Below are positions 7,677 to 17,641 of a stretch of 50,990 nucleotides of DNA, piece by piece. The notes below the pieces were generated by a model that saw nothing but the letters and a program-made list of their open reading frames with translations, was not told the origin of the DNA and searched no databases. Source of the DNA: a virus; the IMG/VR virus record IMGVR_UViG_3300037851_000037, positions 1-50,990 of that record; one strand, given 5' to 3'. How positions within the stretch are numbered: the first letter of the stretch is position 1; each line of letters opens with the position of its first letter. A program made the position numbers and the translations under genes.

Positions 7677-9727
7677 TGGCGACCATTCGCGAATTAGTAA
7701 CCCGATGGGGTTTCGATGTCGATATGTCCGGCCTGGAAAAAATGGAGGCTCGGACGGAAAAGTTACGCGCCGGATTTTTAAAGGTCGGCGCGGTCGCGAC
7801 CGCCGCCCTTGCGGGACTTGTCGTTCCCGCCGCCGCCCTGGACGAATCGTTACGTAAAGCCCTGTCCGCCGCCGGAAAACTGGGACCGGAATTCGACGCC
7901 GCATATAATAAAATGTCGAAAAAGGCGATGGACCTGTCCGAACAGTTAGGTATATCGGCGTCGGACATCGCGACCGGATTTTATGATGTTATTTCCGCCG
8001 GACTGGACCCGATGTCCCAGGGGTTCGACGATTTCGCCGAAGTCGGTTTAAAACTTGCGAAGATTACCGGCGGCGATGTCGGCGCGGCGGTCGACCGCCT
8101 GGGGACGACGTTAACCGCGTTTAGTATGGATACATCGGAAGCGATTACCGTCGCCGATAAATTCGTAAAGGGGAACGTCCTGGGACGAACGTCCATTGAA
8201 GAATTAGCCGCGTCGATGCGAATCGCCGGGTCGACCGCGTCGAAAGTCGCGGGCGCGGATTTAAATCAGACAATCGCCGCCCTGGTCGGACTTGCGGACG
8301 CCGGGTTCAAGGCGGAAAACGGCGGCGAAGCACTGAAACAAGTTTTATTATCTTTAACCGCGCCGGTCCCGCGCGCGGCGAAAATGTTAGAACGCCTGGG
8401 GATTGAAACCGTCGACAAGTCGACCGGGAAGTTCCGCGACTTTTCCGACATAATCGCCCAGTTCGAAAGACAAACGGCGGGACTTTCCGAAAGTCAAAGG
8501 GCGTTCGCCCTGGAACAGATTTTCGGACGGGAAACCGTTAACAAGTTCGTTTCAGTTATGGCGGTCGGGTCGGAAAAATTACGGTATTACGAACAGGAAT
8601 TGAAAAAGTCCGACGGGTCCCTGGAACAAACCATCCGGGATTTAGAGGGGTTTCTTGATGTCGGGCGAAAAGTATGGGCGGCGGTTAAAAACTTGGCGGC
8701 GACGTTCGGCGCGCCGTTAATTAAACCCCTAACAAATGTCGGAAAAATATTTTTGTTCCTGACATCGAACGCCCGGAAATGGTTAGAAGCGCGCCCAGGG
8801 TTTACCGATATGGCGTCGAAATTGGTCGGGGTCGGACTAGCGGCGACCGTTTTAGCGTCGGGACTAGCAATCGCGACGACGTCATTAAAACTTGCGCGAA
8901 TCGCGATAAAGAAAATCGGAACGGAAGCGGTTATCGCCCAGGCGAAAGCGTTCGCATTACCGTTCCTGTTCGTCGCAATCGGGACAGTCCTGTTCCTGTT
9001 ATTCGACGACATCGCCGCCGCGATTGCGGGGAATAATTCGTTACTGGGGGACCTGATTAAAAAATATTCCGAATGGTCCGGGACGATTAAAGTCCTGGTC
9101 GCCGGACTGGTCGTTTTAGCGGTCGCCCTGGGAATCGCCTTTTTCCCTGTAACCCTGTTAATTGTTTTACTCGCGGTTTTAGCTGCGACGATTTTACGAA
9201 ACCTTGACGCGTATAAAGAATTCTGGGAATATTTAAAAGCTCATTCCCTGGGCGAAATCTGGAAAGATTTAAAGGGATGGGTCGCCGAATGGACCGGGTT
9301 AGCCGACGCGATGGAACGCGTTAAACGCGTATGGGACGACATCCGTTCCGGGCGCGCGCCCGCCCAGGCGGGACGACAGCGGGACGTCGCGAACGAACAA
9401 GCGTATATGGGCGTCGGCGCGCGCGGGGAATATTTCCGACGGTTCGGAAGTATTCCGACGGACGACGAACTGGAACGGTATTTACGCGACCGGGCGGGAC
9501 GGAACCAGGGTCCGCCGACCAGCGCGCCGATTCCCGCGCCGCCGACCGTCGCGCCTTTACCGGGCGTCGTCGGCGGTCGACCGGGCGGAACAGCTACGAC
9601 CGCGCCCCAGGTAAACGTCGGCGGCGTTACGGTTAACGGCGTCGGACTTAACCGCGAACAGGTAATCGGCGAAATCAGGGACGCCCAGGGTCGACAGTTA
9701 CAGGACGCCGCCGCGCAACTAGAATAA
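7676..9727 (+). CDS. Tail tape measure protein
   Basis: 683 aa. Conserved TMP core (LSEQLGISASDIATGFYDVISAGL...), internal hydrophobic segments and position after the chaperone genes. Confidence 0.85.
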   Translation: MATIRELVTRWGFDVDMSGLEKMEARTEKLRAGFLKVGAVATAALAGLVVPAAALDESLRKALSAAGKLGPEFDAAYNKMSKKAMDLSEQLGISASDIATGFYDVISAGLDPMSQGFDDFAEVGLKLAKITGGDVGAAVDRLGTTLTAFSMDTSEAITVADKFVKGNVLGRTSIEELAASMRIAGSTASKVAGADLNQTIAALVGLADAGFKAENGGEALKQVLLSLTAPVPRAAKMLERLGIETVDKSTGKFRDFSDIIAQFERQTAGLSESQRAFALEQIFGRETVNKFVSVMAVGSEKLRYYEQELKKSDGSLEQTIRDLEGFLDVGRKVWAAVKNLAATFGAPLIKPLTNVGKIFLFLTSNARKWLEARPGFTDMASKLVGVGLAATVLASGLAIATTSLKLARIAIKKIGTEAVIAQAKAFALPFLFVAIGTVLFLLFDDIAAAIAGNNSLLGDLIKKYSEWSGTIKVLVAGLVVLAVALGIAFFPVTLLIVLLAVLAATILRNLDAYKEFWEYLKAHSLGEIWKDLKGWVAEWTGLADAMERVKRVWDDIRSGRAPAQAGRQRDVANEQAYMGVGARGEYFRRFGSIPTDDELERYLRDRAGRNQGPPTSAPIPAPPTVAPLPGVVGGRPGGTATTAPQVNVGGVTVNGVGLNREQVIGEIRDAQGRQLQDAAAQLE

Positions 9728-9740
9728 AAGGGGAACCGGA

Positions 9741-10370
9741 ATGTCCATCGCCTTTTTACTTTTAGGAAAAACGAACGTCGCCTTTTACGACGCGACGGCG
9801 GCGGAACGGATTTCCGACGAAACGCCCGCCGGGGGAGTAATCGGCGCGTTCGATGATTTAACCAGCGTCGTCGATACCGGCGGACCCCAGGCGGTTTTTA
9901 CGATGGACGTTTCGGTTTCCGAAAGTCATTCGTTACAGTCGGACATTACGGAACATCCGGTCGAAACCGGGTCGGATATTTCCGACCATATCAGGAACCG
10001 ACCCCGCGTCCTGTCGATCCAGGGCCTTGTTACCGATACGCCGTCGGGAATTCTTGCCCTTGCGATTGTTCCCGGTTTAATCGACAGGTTCGCGTCCATC
10101 CCCCGGTCGATTCAAATATTCCAGGAAATCGAACGGAACTGGGTTAACAAAAAAACATTTGACATCGTTACCGGGTTAAAGGTTTATAAAAATATGGGAC
10201 TGGTTTCGGTCGTAATTCCGCGAACCGCCGAACGCGGGCGCGGGTTACAGTTCGAATTCCAGTTAAAGGAAATCAATTTCGTATCGTCGGAAACCCGACA
10301 GGCGGGGACCCTGGACGGCGGCGACCCGGATACGAACCTGGGTTCGCGCGTTCCGTCGACGGTTCCGTAA
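9741..10370 (+). CDS. Baseplate-proximal tail protein (XkdP position)
   Basis: 209 aa. SD aaaaggggaaccggaATG. The motif ITEHPVETGSDISDHIRNRPRVLSIQG recalls conserved myophage tail proteins encoded after the TMP. The exact role is inferred from position. Confidence 0.6.
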   Translation: MSIAFLLLGKTNVAFYDATAAERISDETPAGGVIGAFDDLTSVVDTGGPQAVFTMDVSVSESHSLQSDITEHPVETGSDISDHIRNRPRVLSIQGLVTDTPSGILALAIVPGLIDRFASIPRSIQIFQEIERNWVNKKTFDIVTGLKVYKNMGLVSVVIPRTAERGRGLQFEFQLKEINFVSSETRQAGTLDGGDPDTNLGSRVPSTVP

Positions 10371-10380
10371 AGGGTCGATA

Positions 10381-10707
10381 ATGGCGACAGTCGAAATTCC
10401 AGTAAACGGAAATTTATCGTCCCAGGTAATGACGATTCCCCTGGACGGGGTCCGGTATAAATTGCGGATTTCGTATGTATTCCGGGAACAGTCCTGGACC
10501 CTGGACATTATGACGGATACCGGCGGCGACATCCTGGTCGGAATTAAACTGGTCCCGGACATCGGGTTAATTTCCCGGTTCCAGGTCCCGAACCGTCCGC
10601 CGGGGGAATTCGTCGCCGTCGATACGTCCGGCGCGGGACTTCCCGCCGGACGAAACGATTTCGGGCGCGGTCGCCGCGTCCGGTTACGGTATACGGAAGC
10701 GGAATAA
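10381..10707 (+). CDS. Small tail/baseplate protein
   Basis: 108-aa ORF with SD taaagggtcgataATG, lying between the TMP-proximal and hub genes. Confidence 0.6.
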   Translation: MATVEIPVNGNLSSQVMTIPLDGVRYKLRISYVFREQSWTLDIMTDTGGDILVGIKLVPDIGLISRFQVPNRPPGEFVAVDTSGAGLPAGRNDFGRGRRVRLRYTEAE

Positions 10708-11709
10708 ATGGACCCTGTTTTACTATTCGACCGCCGCGCGTCGATTACGTTACAGCCCGCCGAATGGGTCGGGAACGGGCGAACGCGTAAACTTGCGCGA
10801 CCCTGGTCCCAGGTCCCGCCGTACGAAATGTTCGACCAGTTATCCGGGTTACGGACGTCGTTTAGTATCGAAAAAACAATCGAACCGGAACCGAATCGCG
10901 CGACGGTCCGGGTTTATAATTTAAACGGCGATAATCGCGGGACCCCGAAAAAGGGCGATATGTTAACGGTCCGCGCCGGTTACGCGGGGAACATTTCCGG
11001 CGGGGAAGAATTACCAATTATTTTCCGGGGGACATTAACCCATATAACAAACAAAAAAGATTCGGTCGACTGGATTACCGAATTTCGTTCCGGCGACGGG
11101 GACGACCTGAAAAAATCCATAATGGACGAAATATTCCCGCCGGGGACGGACCCCGCCGCGATTATTGAACGCCTTAAAAATAAAATCCGCGAACTGGGCG
11201 TCGACCTGTTATCGGATTTCGACGGGTCGATTTTATACTGGATAACGGAACAGTTCCGGCGCGCGACAAACGACGCGACGAACCCCGGCGCGTCCATATC
11301 GGACCAGGTTACAGGCGCGACGAAAACTTTAATCGGGCGCGTCGACGACGTATTACGAACAGAAATGGACCGCGTCGGACTGTCGGTTTCGATACAAAAT
11401 AACGTCCTGATAGTTCGCCCCAAAGGGGGAAGCGACGGACAGGAAGCGGTTTACCTATCGCCGACGACCGGGTTAATCGGGTCGCCCGAAGTAACCGAAA
11501 AGGGCGTTTCGTTCAAGTCCCTGATTATCAAGGGGATGGACCCCGGACGACTGGTTCAAATTGACAGCCGGGTCGTTCGCGGGGAATACGTTTTAACCAG
11601 GGCGGCGATTAACGGCGATACATTCGGGAACGACTGGTATATCGACGGCGAATGTATGGTCGCCGGTTCCAAGATTGAACTAGGCGGCGGGACTGTCGAG
11701 GGGGAATAA
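10708..11709 (+). CDS. Baseplate hub protein (gpD / XkdQ-like)
   Basis: 333 aa. The size, the order before spike/gp25/J, and the motif TVRVYNLNGDNRGTPKKGDMLTVRAGY are typical of late-control-D-like hub proteins. Confidence 0.6.
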   Translation: MDPVLLFDRRASITLQPAEWVGNGRTRKLARPWSQVPPYEMFDQLSGLRTSFSIEKTIEPEPNRATVRVYNLNGDNRGTPKKGDMLTVRAGYAGNISGGEELPIIFRGTLTHITNKKDSVDWITEFRSGDGDDLKKSIMDEIFPPGTDPAAIIERLKNKIRELGVDLLSDFDGSILYWITEQFRRATNDATNPGASISDQVTGATKTLIGRVDDVLRTEMDRVGLSVSIQNNVLIVRPKGGSDGQEAVYLSPTTGLIGSPEVTEKGVSFKSLIIKGMDPGRLVQIDSRVVRGEYVLTRAAINGDTFGNDWYIDGECMVAGSKIELGGGTVEGE

Positions 11710-12573
11710 ATGTCGCCGGAAACTAAAATCGACACGAACGAAAACCGGACGCCGTCGTTCGCGAACATCGTTCGTCGAATCGCGGAACGCGAAATCGGAA
11801 AAATTTATACGATGGTCCCCGGACGGGTCGAATCATACGACCCCGCGAAACAAACCGCGACCATTAAACCGTTAATCCGTGTTCCGATTCCATCGACCGC
11901 CCTGGACCCCGACGCCGGGTCGGACGACCAGTTCACCCAGGAATTACCGTCGTTACCGGAAATCCCGGTTATGTTCCCGCGCGCAAAGGGCGCGACGATT
12001 TATTTTCCGATTTACGCCGGGTCCCTGGTTATGCTTATTTTTTCGACGTTTTCCCTGGACAAGTTCCATGTTACCGAACTGTCCGGCGGCGGAACCGTCG
12101 ACCCCCAGGACATCCGGCGACATCATTTTTCGGACGCCGTCGCGGTCCCTGGATTTTATCCCATCGCCGAACCGATTCCCGACCTGGACGACGACGACGT
12201 TCGGATTATCCTGGAATCGCAACATAACAAACGGGTCGAATTCGGACTGGGCGGGGATACGGGCGACATTTTCCTGATTCCGAACGACGGGTCGTTCGTC
12301 CAGTCCGGGAAAAAAGAGGCGGACGAATTCGGGATTATGGGGGAAACCCTTAAACAATACATCGATGAAAAAATCGTCCAGGCGGTAAACGAAACATACG
12401 TTAAAATTAAAGCGGTATGGACGGCGTTAAAGGGACATACCCATCCGTACGTCGATACGCCGGTCGGACCGTCGACGACATCGCCGTCGGCGGACTTTGT
12501 ATCGATAGAGGACCCGACGGACCTGGAATCGCCGACGGACGACATCCTAACCGAAATAACAAAGGTTTCATAA
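11710..12573 (+). CDS. Baseplate central spike protein (gpV / Gp138-N-like OB fold)
   Basis: 287 aa. The N-terminal GKIYTMVPGRVESYDPAKQTATIKPLIRVP matches the spike OB-fold signature. Position supports the call. Confidence 0.65.
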   Translation: MSPETKIDTNENRTPSFANIVRRIAEREIGKIYTMVPGRVESYDPAKQTATIKPLIRVPIPSTALDPDAGSDDQFTQELPSLPEIPVMFPRAKGATIYFPIYAGSLVMLIFSTFSLDKFHVTELSGGGTVDPQDIRRHHFSDAVAVPGFYPIAEPIPDLDDDDVRIILESQHNKRVEFGLGGDTGDIFLIPNDGSFVQSGKKEADEFGIMGETLKQYIDEKIVQAVNETYVKIKAVWTALKGHTHPYVDTPVGPSTTSPSADFVSIEDPTDLESPTDDILTEITKVS

Positions 12574-12939
12574 ATGGACCTGTTAATAAACGATGAAATC
12601 GACGACATCGAAATTTCCGGCGGCGACCTGTCGTTAACGTCCGACCAGGACGCAATCCGACAGGCGTTATCGTTACAGTTACGAATGGTCCGGGGGGAAT
12701 GGTTCCTGGATAATACACTGGGGACCGATTATTACGGACAGATTTTCGGGTTTAAAAACTTCATTCAAGCGGACGCGGAATTCATCCGGTCGATTTTATC
12801 GGTCCCCGGCGTCGTTTCAATTTTAGAACCTTTAGCGTATAATCTGGACAAGGTTAACCGGGTCCTGTCGGTTTCGTTCAAGGTTCAAACCGATACGGGC
12901 GTAATCGAACAAACGGAAACGATTTCGGTTCCGGCGTAA
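12574..12939 (+). CDS. Baseplate wedge protein (gp25/gpW / XkdS-like)
   Basis: 121 aa. IRQALSLQLRMVRGEWFLDNTLGTDY resembles the gp25-like pattern. It lies immediately upstream of the J-like gene. Confidence 0.65.
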   Translation: MDLLINDEIDDIEISGGDLSLTSDQDAIRQALSLQLRMVRGEWFLDNTLGTDYYGQIFGFKNFIQADAEFIRSILSVPGVVSILEPLAYNLDKVNRVLSVSFKVQTDTGVIEQTETISVPA

Positions 12940-12949
12940 AGGGGCGAAA

Positions 12950-14509
12950 ATGAATTTCGGACTATCGGAACAAGGGTTACGGATTAAACGCCTTGCGGAC
13001 ATTCGCGCCGAACTGGAAATCGCGTTCCGCGCGTCGTTCGGCGAAGAAACGAACACCGACCCGGCGACGTCCGTAATCGGACAGATAATCGGAATCGTCG
13101 CGGAACGGGAAGCGTTATTATGGGAACTGTCGAAATCGGTTTATGACGCGTTTTATCCGTCGTCCGCCGACGGGGTCCAGTTAGATAACATCGCCGATTT
13201 AACGTCCATCGCCCGTTTATCGGCGACGAAGTCGACCGCCGTTTGTAAATGCGGCGGCGTTCCTGGGACCGCAATCGACCCCGGAAAAATAATTTCGGTC
13301 GTTAATACCGGCGCGCGGTTCGTTTCCCTTTTGAACGACGACGGGTCGACGCCGACCATCGGGTTATCCGGTTACGGTTATGTTCGATTCGAATCGCAAG
13401 TCGTCGGAACAGTCGTCGCCCCGGCGGGGTCCCTGGTCGTTATCGAAACCCCGGTTACAGGATGGAACACCGTAATAAATGAAACCGACGCCCTGGTCGG
13501 ACGCGATGTCGAAACGGATACCGAATTACGGGTCCGTCGGCGCGCGTCGTTACAGGTCGTCGGCGCGGCGGCGGTCGACGCGATTCGCGCCCGTATCCTG
13601 GACGATGTCGCGAATGTAACCGACGCGTTCGTTTATGAAAACGACAGCGATACGACGGACGGTTTCGGACGACCGCCCCATTCGGTCCAGGTCGTCGTCG
13701 CGGGCGGCGAAAATCAAGAAATCGCGGAAAAAATATGGGAAGTTAAGGCGGCGGGAATCGCGACATTCGGGACGGACGTAACCGCGACCGTTTACGATTC
13801 GATGGGTTATCCTCATACAATCAAGTTCGACCGCGCCCAGGTTTTACGTTCCTGGTTACATATCGTTATCCAGGTCGGAACCGCGTTCGACCAGGGGGTC
13901 GCCCAGGTCGATAAAGTAACCGTCGCGGTAAATACGGCGGCGGAAACGGTTTCCGTTATCATTAACGGGCGCAAATTTACGGCGACGACCGGCGCGACAA
14001 AGGCGGACACCGCGTCCGCCCTTGCGACGGCGATAAACAATAACGCGAACGGATGGGTCCCCGCGACGGCGATATGGTCGACCGGGAATGACTATTTCGA
14101 ACTGGTCGCCGATTTCCCCGGATGTCCCCTGGTTACATCCTGGGCGAATGAAACCATCGACGGCGAAACTGTCCTGGACTTGGATACCGAAGTCGAAAAC
14201 GCCGGGGACCAGTTATCCATTATCGAACAGGTCGTCGCGTTCGCCGCCGGTTCCCTGGGTTACGAACAGGAACAAAAAATCGGGAACGACCTTTATCGGT
14301 CGCGTTATTTCGGTCCGATTAACGTCGTCCCGGATATTAGGACGATTCGGATTATTACCGCGTCGGGACTGGAATCGGGGGACTATTATCCGACGAACCC
14401 GCCGGACGAACCGCCGTCCGGGTCCTGGGCGGACGCCGATATTACTACCGAAGCGAATGAAGTCGCCGCCCTGGATACCGGGCGCGTAACTGTCGAAATC
14501 ATACCGTAA
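12950..14509 (+). CDS. Baseplate J-like protein (gp6/gpJ family)
   Basis: 519 aa. The N-terminus LRIKRLADIRAELEIAFRASFGEETNTDPATSVIGQIIGIVAEREALLWE is typical of Baseplate_J. Synteny supports the call. Confidence 0.75.
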   Translation: MNFGLSEQGLRIKRLADIRAELEIAFRASFGEETNTDPATSVIGQIIGIVAEREALLWELSKSVYDAFYPSSADGVQLDNIADLTSIARLSATKSTAVCKCGGVPGTAIDPGKIISVVNTGARFVSLLNDDGSTPTIGLSGYGYVRFESQVVGTVVAPAGSLVVIETPVTGWNTVINETDALVGRDVETDTELRVRRRASLQVVGAAAVDAIRARILDDVANVTDAFVYENDSDTTDGFGRPPHSVQVVVAGGENQEIAEKIWEVKAAGIATFGTDVTATVYDSMGYPHTIKFDRAQVLRSWLHIVIQVGTAFDQGVAQVDKVTVAVNTAAETVSVIINGRKFTATTGATKADTASALATAINNNANGWVPATAIWSTGNDYFELVADFPGCPLVTSWANETIDGETVLDLDTEVENAGDQLSIIEQVVAFAAGSLGYEQEQKIGNDLYRSRYFGPINVVPDIRTIRIITASGLESGDYYPTNPPDEPPSGSWADADITTEANEVAALDTGRVTVEIIP

Positions 14510-14519
14510 CGGGGGGACG

Positions 14520-17500
14520 ATGTCGGAACCGATAAAAATAACAGGACATTCGGACGACGCGGTCCGTCGTCTAATTTCCTGGGCGCAAGGGAAACCGAAC
14601 ATCGAAGCGTTATTACGGAATAACAGTTCCGCGCGCGTCGATGTCCTGGGGGAAATAAACGACGGGGACGAATTTACCGTCGCTGTAAACGGTTGTCGGA
14701 TTTCTTATACCGCGACCCGTTACGATACACCCGCGACGGTCGCCGCCGCCCTGGTCGAATTGATTAACCTGGGCGCGGGGTCTATTGAATACGACCATTT
14801 CGAAACGTATCCCCTGGGGAATTTAAAGGACGTCGACGGACCCCTGGGGACCTGGTCTTATTTTGAATATTTCGGACCCCCCGAACCAGGACAACCCCCC
14901 GCGAAACCTTTGAGCGTAAATAACGAAATTTCGCGGTCGGGAAAACAATCGGTTCGAACGACTTTCGACCAGGGGGTTTATATTACCGGGTCGCCGTCGT
15001 TTCAAAATAACGCGATAATTTCCGGTTATTCGGGGGTTTCGGACGATGTCCAGGCGTTCGAATGGTATTTTCGTTTCGCCGATGGATTTCCAGGGGTTTC
15101 GAACGCCCTGTTAATTGTTAACGGATTTATATGGTATGGACTGGGACCGATTGTCCTGGGATGGTTGTCCATTAACTGCGCGACCGGCGAATATATGATG
15201 ACAGTTTTCGTTCCAGGCGGACCCGCCCCGACAACGTTCGGACCCTTTTCCCTTGCGGATTTATTGGACGGGAAGTTCCATAAATATTCCGGGACCATTA
15301 ACCAGTCGACGGGCGACTGGACCCTTTATATCGATGATTTTATCGGGGGGTCCGGGTCGTTATCCGCCGCCGTCCCTGGAAATTCGTTCGGGTTATTGTT
15401 CGGTAATGAGGGCGGAATACCTGGGACGATTATTCGCGGGGTTAAAAACGTTTACATCGACGACTTTAAAATCGGGTCGGCGTTACCTTGCGGCGAATAC
15501 GCGGGGGCGGTAATACCGAACCCCGACGAATCGGTCGAACTGTTCACCCCTGGGAATGCGTTTAACGGGACCGGCGAATGGGCGAACTGGACCGAAACGC
15601 CGCCCGGTTCCCCGCCGGGTCCGCCCTGGGACCCGCCGTATTTAGGCGGGTTTATTATCGATGATTCCGACGCCCGGTCGGGCGTTAATTCGTTTCGGAC
15701 TAATTTAGGCGGCGGCGTCGGACCATCAATTCCGGGGGAAATGTTAAACCTGTTAAATATCGCGATGGCGACGTCGTATCCTGGAAACGACCTGGATTAT
15801 CAAGAGGCGTCGGTATGGGTTAAATTTCCGTCGGTTGCGACATTCCCCGGCGATGATTTCGCCGCCGAATTAAACGCGACGTTATCCGTTACCTTGATAT
15901 TTATCGACTTTTCATCCGGGGGACTGTTATGGGCGTCGATTACTTTCGCCCCGTCGTTAGGTTCGGATTGTACAATCGGCGCGACGATTCCCGGTTCCGG
16001 CGCGGGACCGACGACGACTGTTCCCCGAAGTTATATCCAGGACGGCGAATGGCACAAATTAACCTGTCGATTTTATCGTTCCGGCGCGGGACCAGTCCTG
16101 GTCGACCTGGATAACGAAACGTATTCCGCGCCGCCTTTGTCGTTTCCATCCGGTTTTACTTTGGGTCCGTCGGCGTTCGCTTGTCTTGTAAATTTTAACG
16201 AAATCGCGGGAACGGTTTATACCATCCCGGATGTACATTTCGACGACGTCGTCGTCGGCGGGGAACAGTTACGAACCGTTCCATATAAATCGGAACAGTT
16301 AAACGCGGACGACCCCCATTTTTACGTTTTACCGAAACTGTCCCCTGGGTTACTTTTGGAGGTCGTCCCCCAGGATGTTAACTTGAAAGTTAACCGCCTG
16401 GGCGTCGTCGACCAGTTACAGGAATTGGAAAACGCCCTGTTCGACATTTTGAACAATCGCGCCCTGGACAATTCGGTCGGCGTCCAGTTAGACGGAATCG
16501 GCGAAATCCTGGGCGAATCGCGGTCGGGCGGAATGTCCGACGACGATTATCGGCAGTTACTTTCGATTCGAATTGTTCGGAATATTTCATCCGGCGAACC
16601 GGAACGTTTAATCCAGGTCGCCGCCGCGTTAACCGGGTCGTCGACTGTCCAGTTACAGGAAATTTTCCCCGGACTGGTAAACATAACCCTGTCCGGCGAC
16701 CCCGGTAACATTTCCCTGTTATATTCATTACTGGACGGAATCGCCGCCGGGGGAGTTCGGTTTATTCTTACTCAGGAACCGGATTACCCGTTCGTTTTCG
16801 GCGGCGACCCGGCGGGCGGCGGTTTCGACGACGGGGAATTTTCACGGGTTATCGGCGGAACTGTCGGGTCGTTCCCAGGCGGGGAACAAATTGAGGAACT
16901 AATTAGTTTCCCCCTGGATACAAGGGTCCAGTCTAACGGCGTCCTGGGGGTTTACCATCCTATCGTCGACCCTGTCGCCCTGGATAGTTTCCCGTTATGG
17001 GTCCGTTACGGTTCCCCGTCGTATAATAACGGGTTAGCCGACGATATGCTAAACAAGTCCGTTTCCGCCGGGGAACAATATTCGGCGGGGTTCGCGATTA
17101 AATCTATTTCGAACCCGGCGTTTTCCCTTGCGGCGTCGAAAAGTTTTACTTTATCGGGCGCGTTCGGACTTTTCCCGTCGACGCCGCCGTCCGCCGGAAC
17201 GGTCGTCGAATATTTACTGGGATACGCGCGGGAATATAACTGGGAAACGGGGGTCGCGACCTGGACGCGCGGCGTTCGGATTACTGTAAATCCGACCGGA
17301 AACGCCCTGGTCGAATTGTTACAGGGGGACGGAACGCCGAACGGATGGACAGTTTTAAAATCAGCAACCGCGCCGGTAACGATGTTAATATTACGAACGA
17401 TTACTTTAACCAGTCAAAGGGGAATCGGCGCGTCCCCGTATCTTTCCATCGCAATCGCGGGAACGTCGTTTATATTAACGGCGTTAACGTCGGATGGACT

Positions 17501-17627
17501 GGTCGCCGATACGGATTATATCGACGCCGTCGTTTATATGGTAACATATAAAGGCGTTTCCGGCGGTCCGACAGCGTTAACGTCGACCCCGATCGCGCGG
17601 CGATTCGCGATTAAACAAACCTTGTAA
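14520..17627 (+). CDS. Large baseplate/tail-fibre-attachment protein with two LamG-like lectin-fold regions and a DUF2612-like segment
   Basis: 1035 aa. Two segments with the pattern ...KFHKYSGTINQSTGDWTLYIDDF... and ...EWHKLTCRFYRSG...LVDLDNE... look like LamG jelly rolls. The segment LQELENALFDILNNRALDNSVGVQLDGIGEILGE... looks like DUF2612 (gpI position). Confidence 0.6.
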   Translation: MSEPIKITGHSDDAVRRLISWAQGKPNIEALLRNNSSARVDVLGEINDGDEFTVAVNGCRISYTATRYDTPATVAAALVELINLGAGSIEYDHFETYPLGNLKDVDGPLGTWSYFEYFGPPEPGQPPAKPLSVNNEISRSGKQSVRTTFDQGVYITGSPSFQNNAIISGYSGVSDDVQAFEWYFRFADGFPGVSNALLIVNGFIWYGLGPIVLGWLSINCATGEYMMTVFVPGGPAPTTFGPFSLADLLDGKFHKYSGTINQSTGDWTLYIDDFIGGSGSLSAAVPGNSFGLLFGNEGGIPGTIIRGVKNVYIDDFKIGSALPCGEYAGAVIPNPDESVELFTPGNAFNGTGEWANWTETPPGSPPGPPWDPPYLGGFIIDDSDARSGVNSFRTNLGGGVGPSIPGEMLNLLNIAMATSYPGNDLDYQEASVWVKFPSVATFPGDDFAAELNATLSVTLIFIDFSSGGLLWASITFAPSLGSDCTIGATIPGSGAGPTTTVPRSYIQDGEWHKLTCRFYRSGAGPVLVDLDNETYSAPPLSFPSGFTLGPSAFACLVNFNEIAGTVYTIPDVHFDDVVVGGEQLRTVPYKSEQLNADDPHFYVLPKLSPGLLLEVVPQDVNLKVNRLGVVDQLQELENALFDILNNRALDNSVGVQLDGIGEILGESRSGGMSDDDYRQLLSIRIVRNISSGEPERLIQVAAALTGSSTVQLQEIFPGLVNITLSGDPGNISLLYSLLDGIAAGGVRFILTQEPDYPFVFGGDPAGGGFDDGEFSRVIGGTVGSFPGGEQIEELISFPLDTRVQSNGVLGVYHPIVDPVALDSFPLWVRYGSPSYNNGLADDMLNKSVSAGEQYSAGFAIKSISNPAFSLAASKSFTLSGAFGLFPSTPPSAGTVVEYLLGYAREYNWETGVATWTRGVRITVNPTGNALVELLQGDGTPNGWTVLKSATAPVTMLILRTITLTSQRGIGASPYLSIAIAGTSFILTALTSDGLVADTDYIDAVVYMVTYKGVSGGPTALTSTPIARRFAIKQTL

Positions 17628-17641
17628 AAGGAAAAATAACA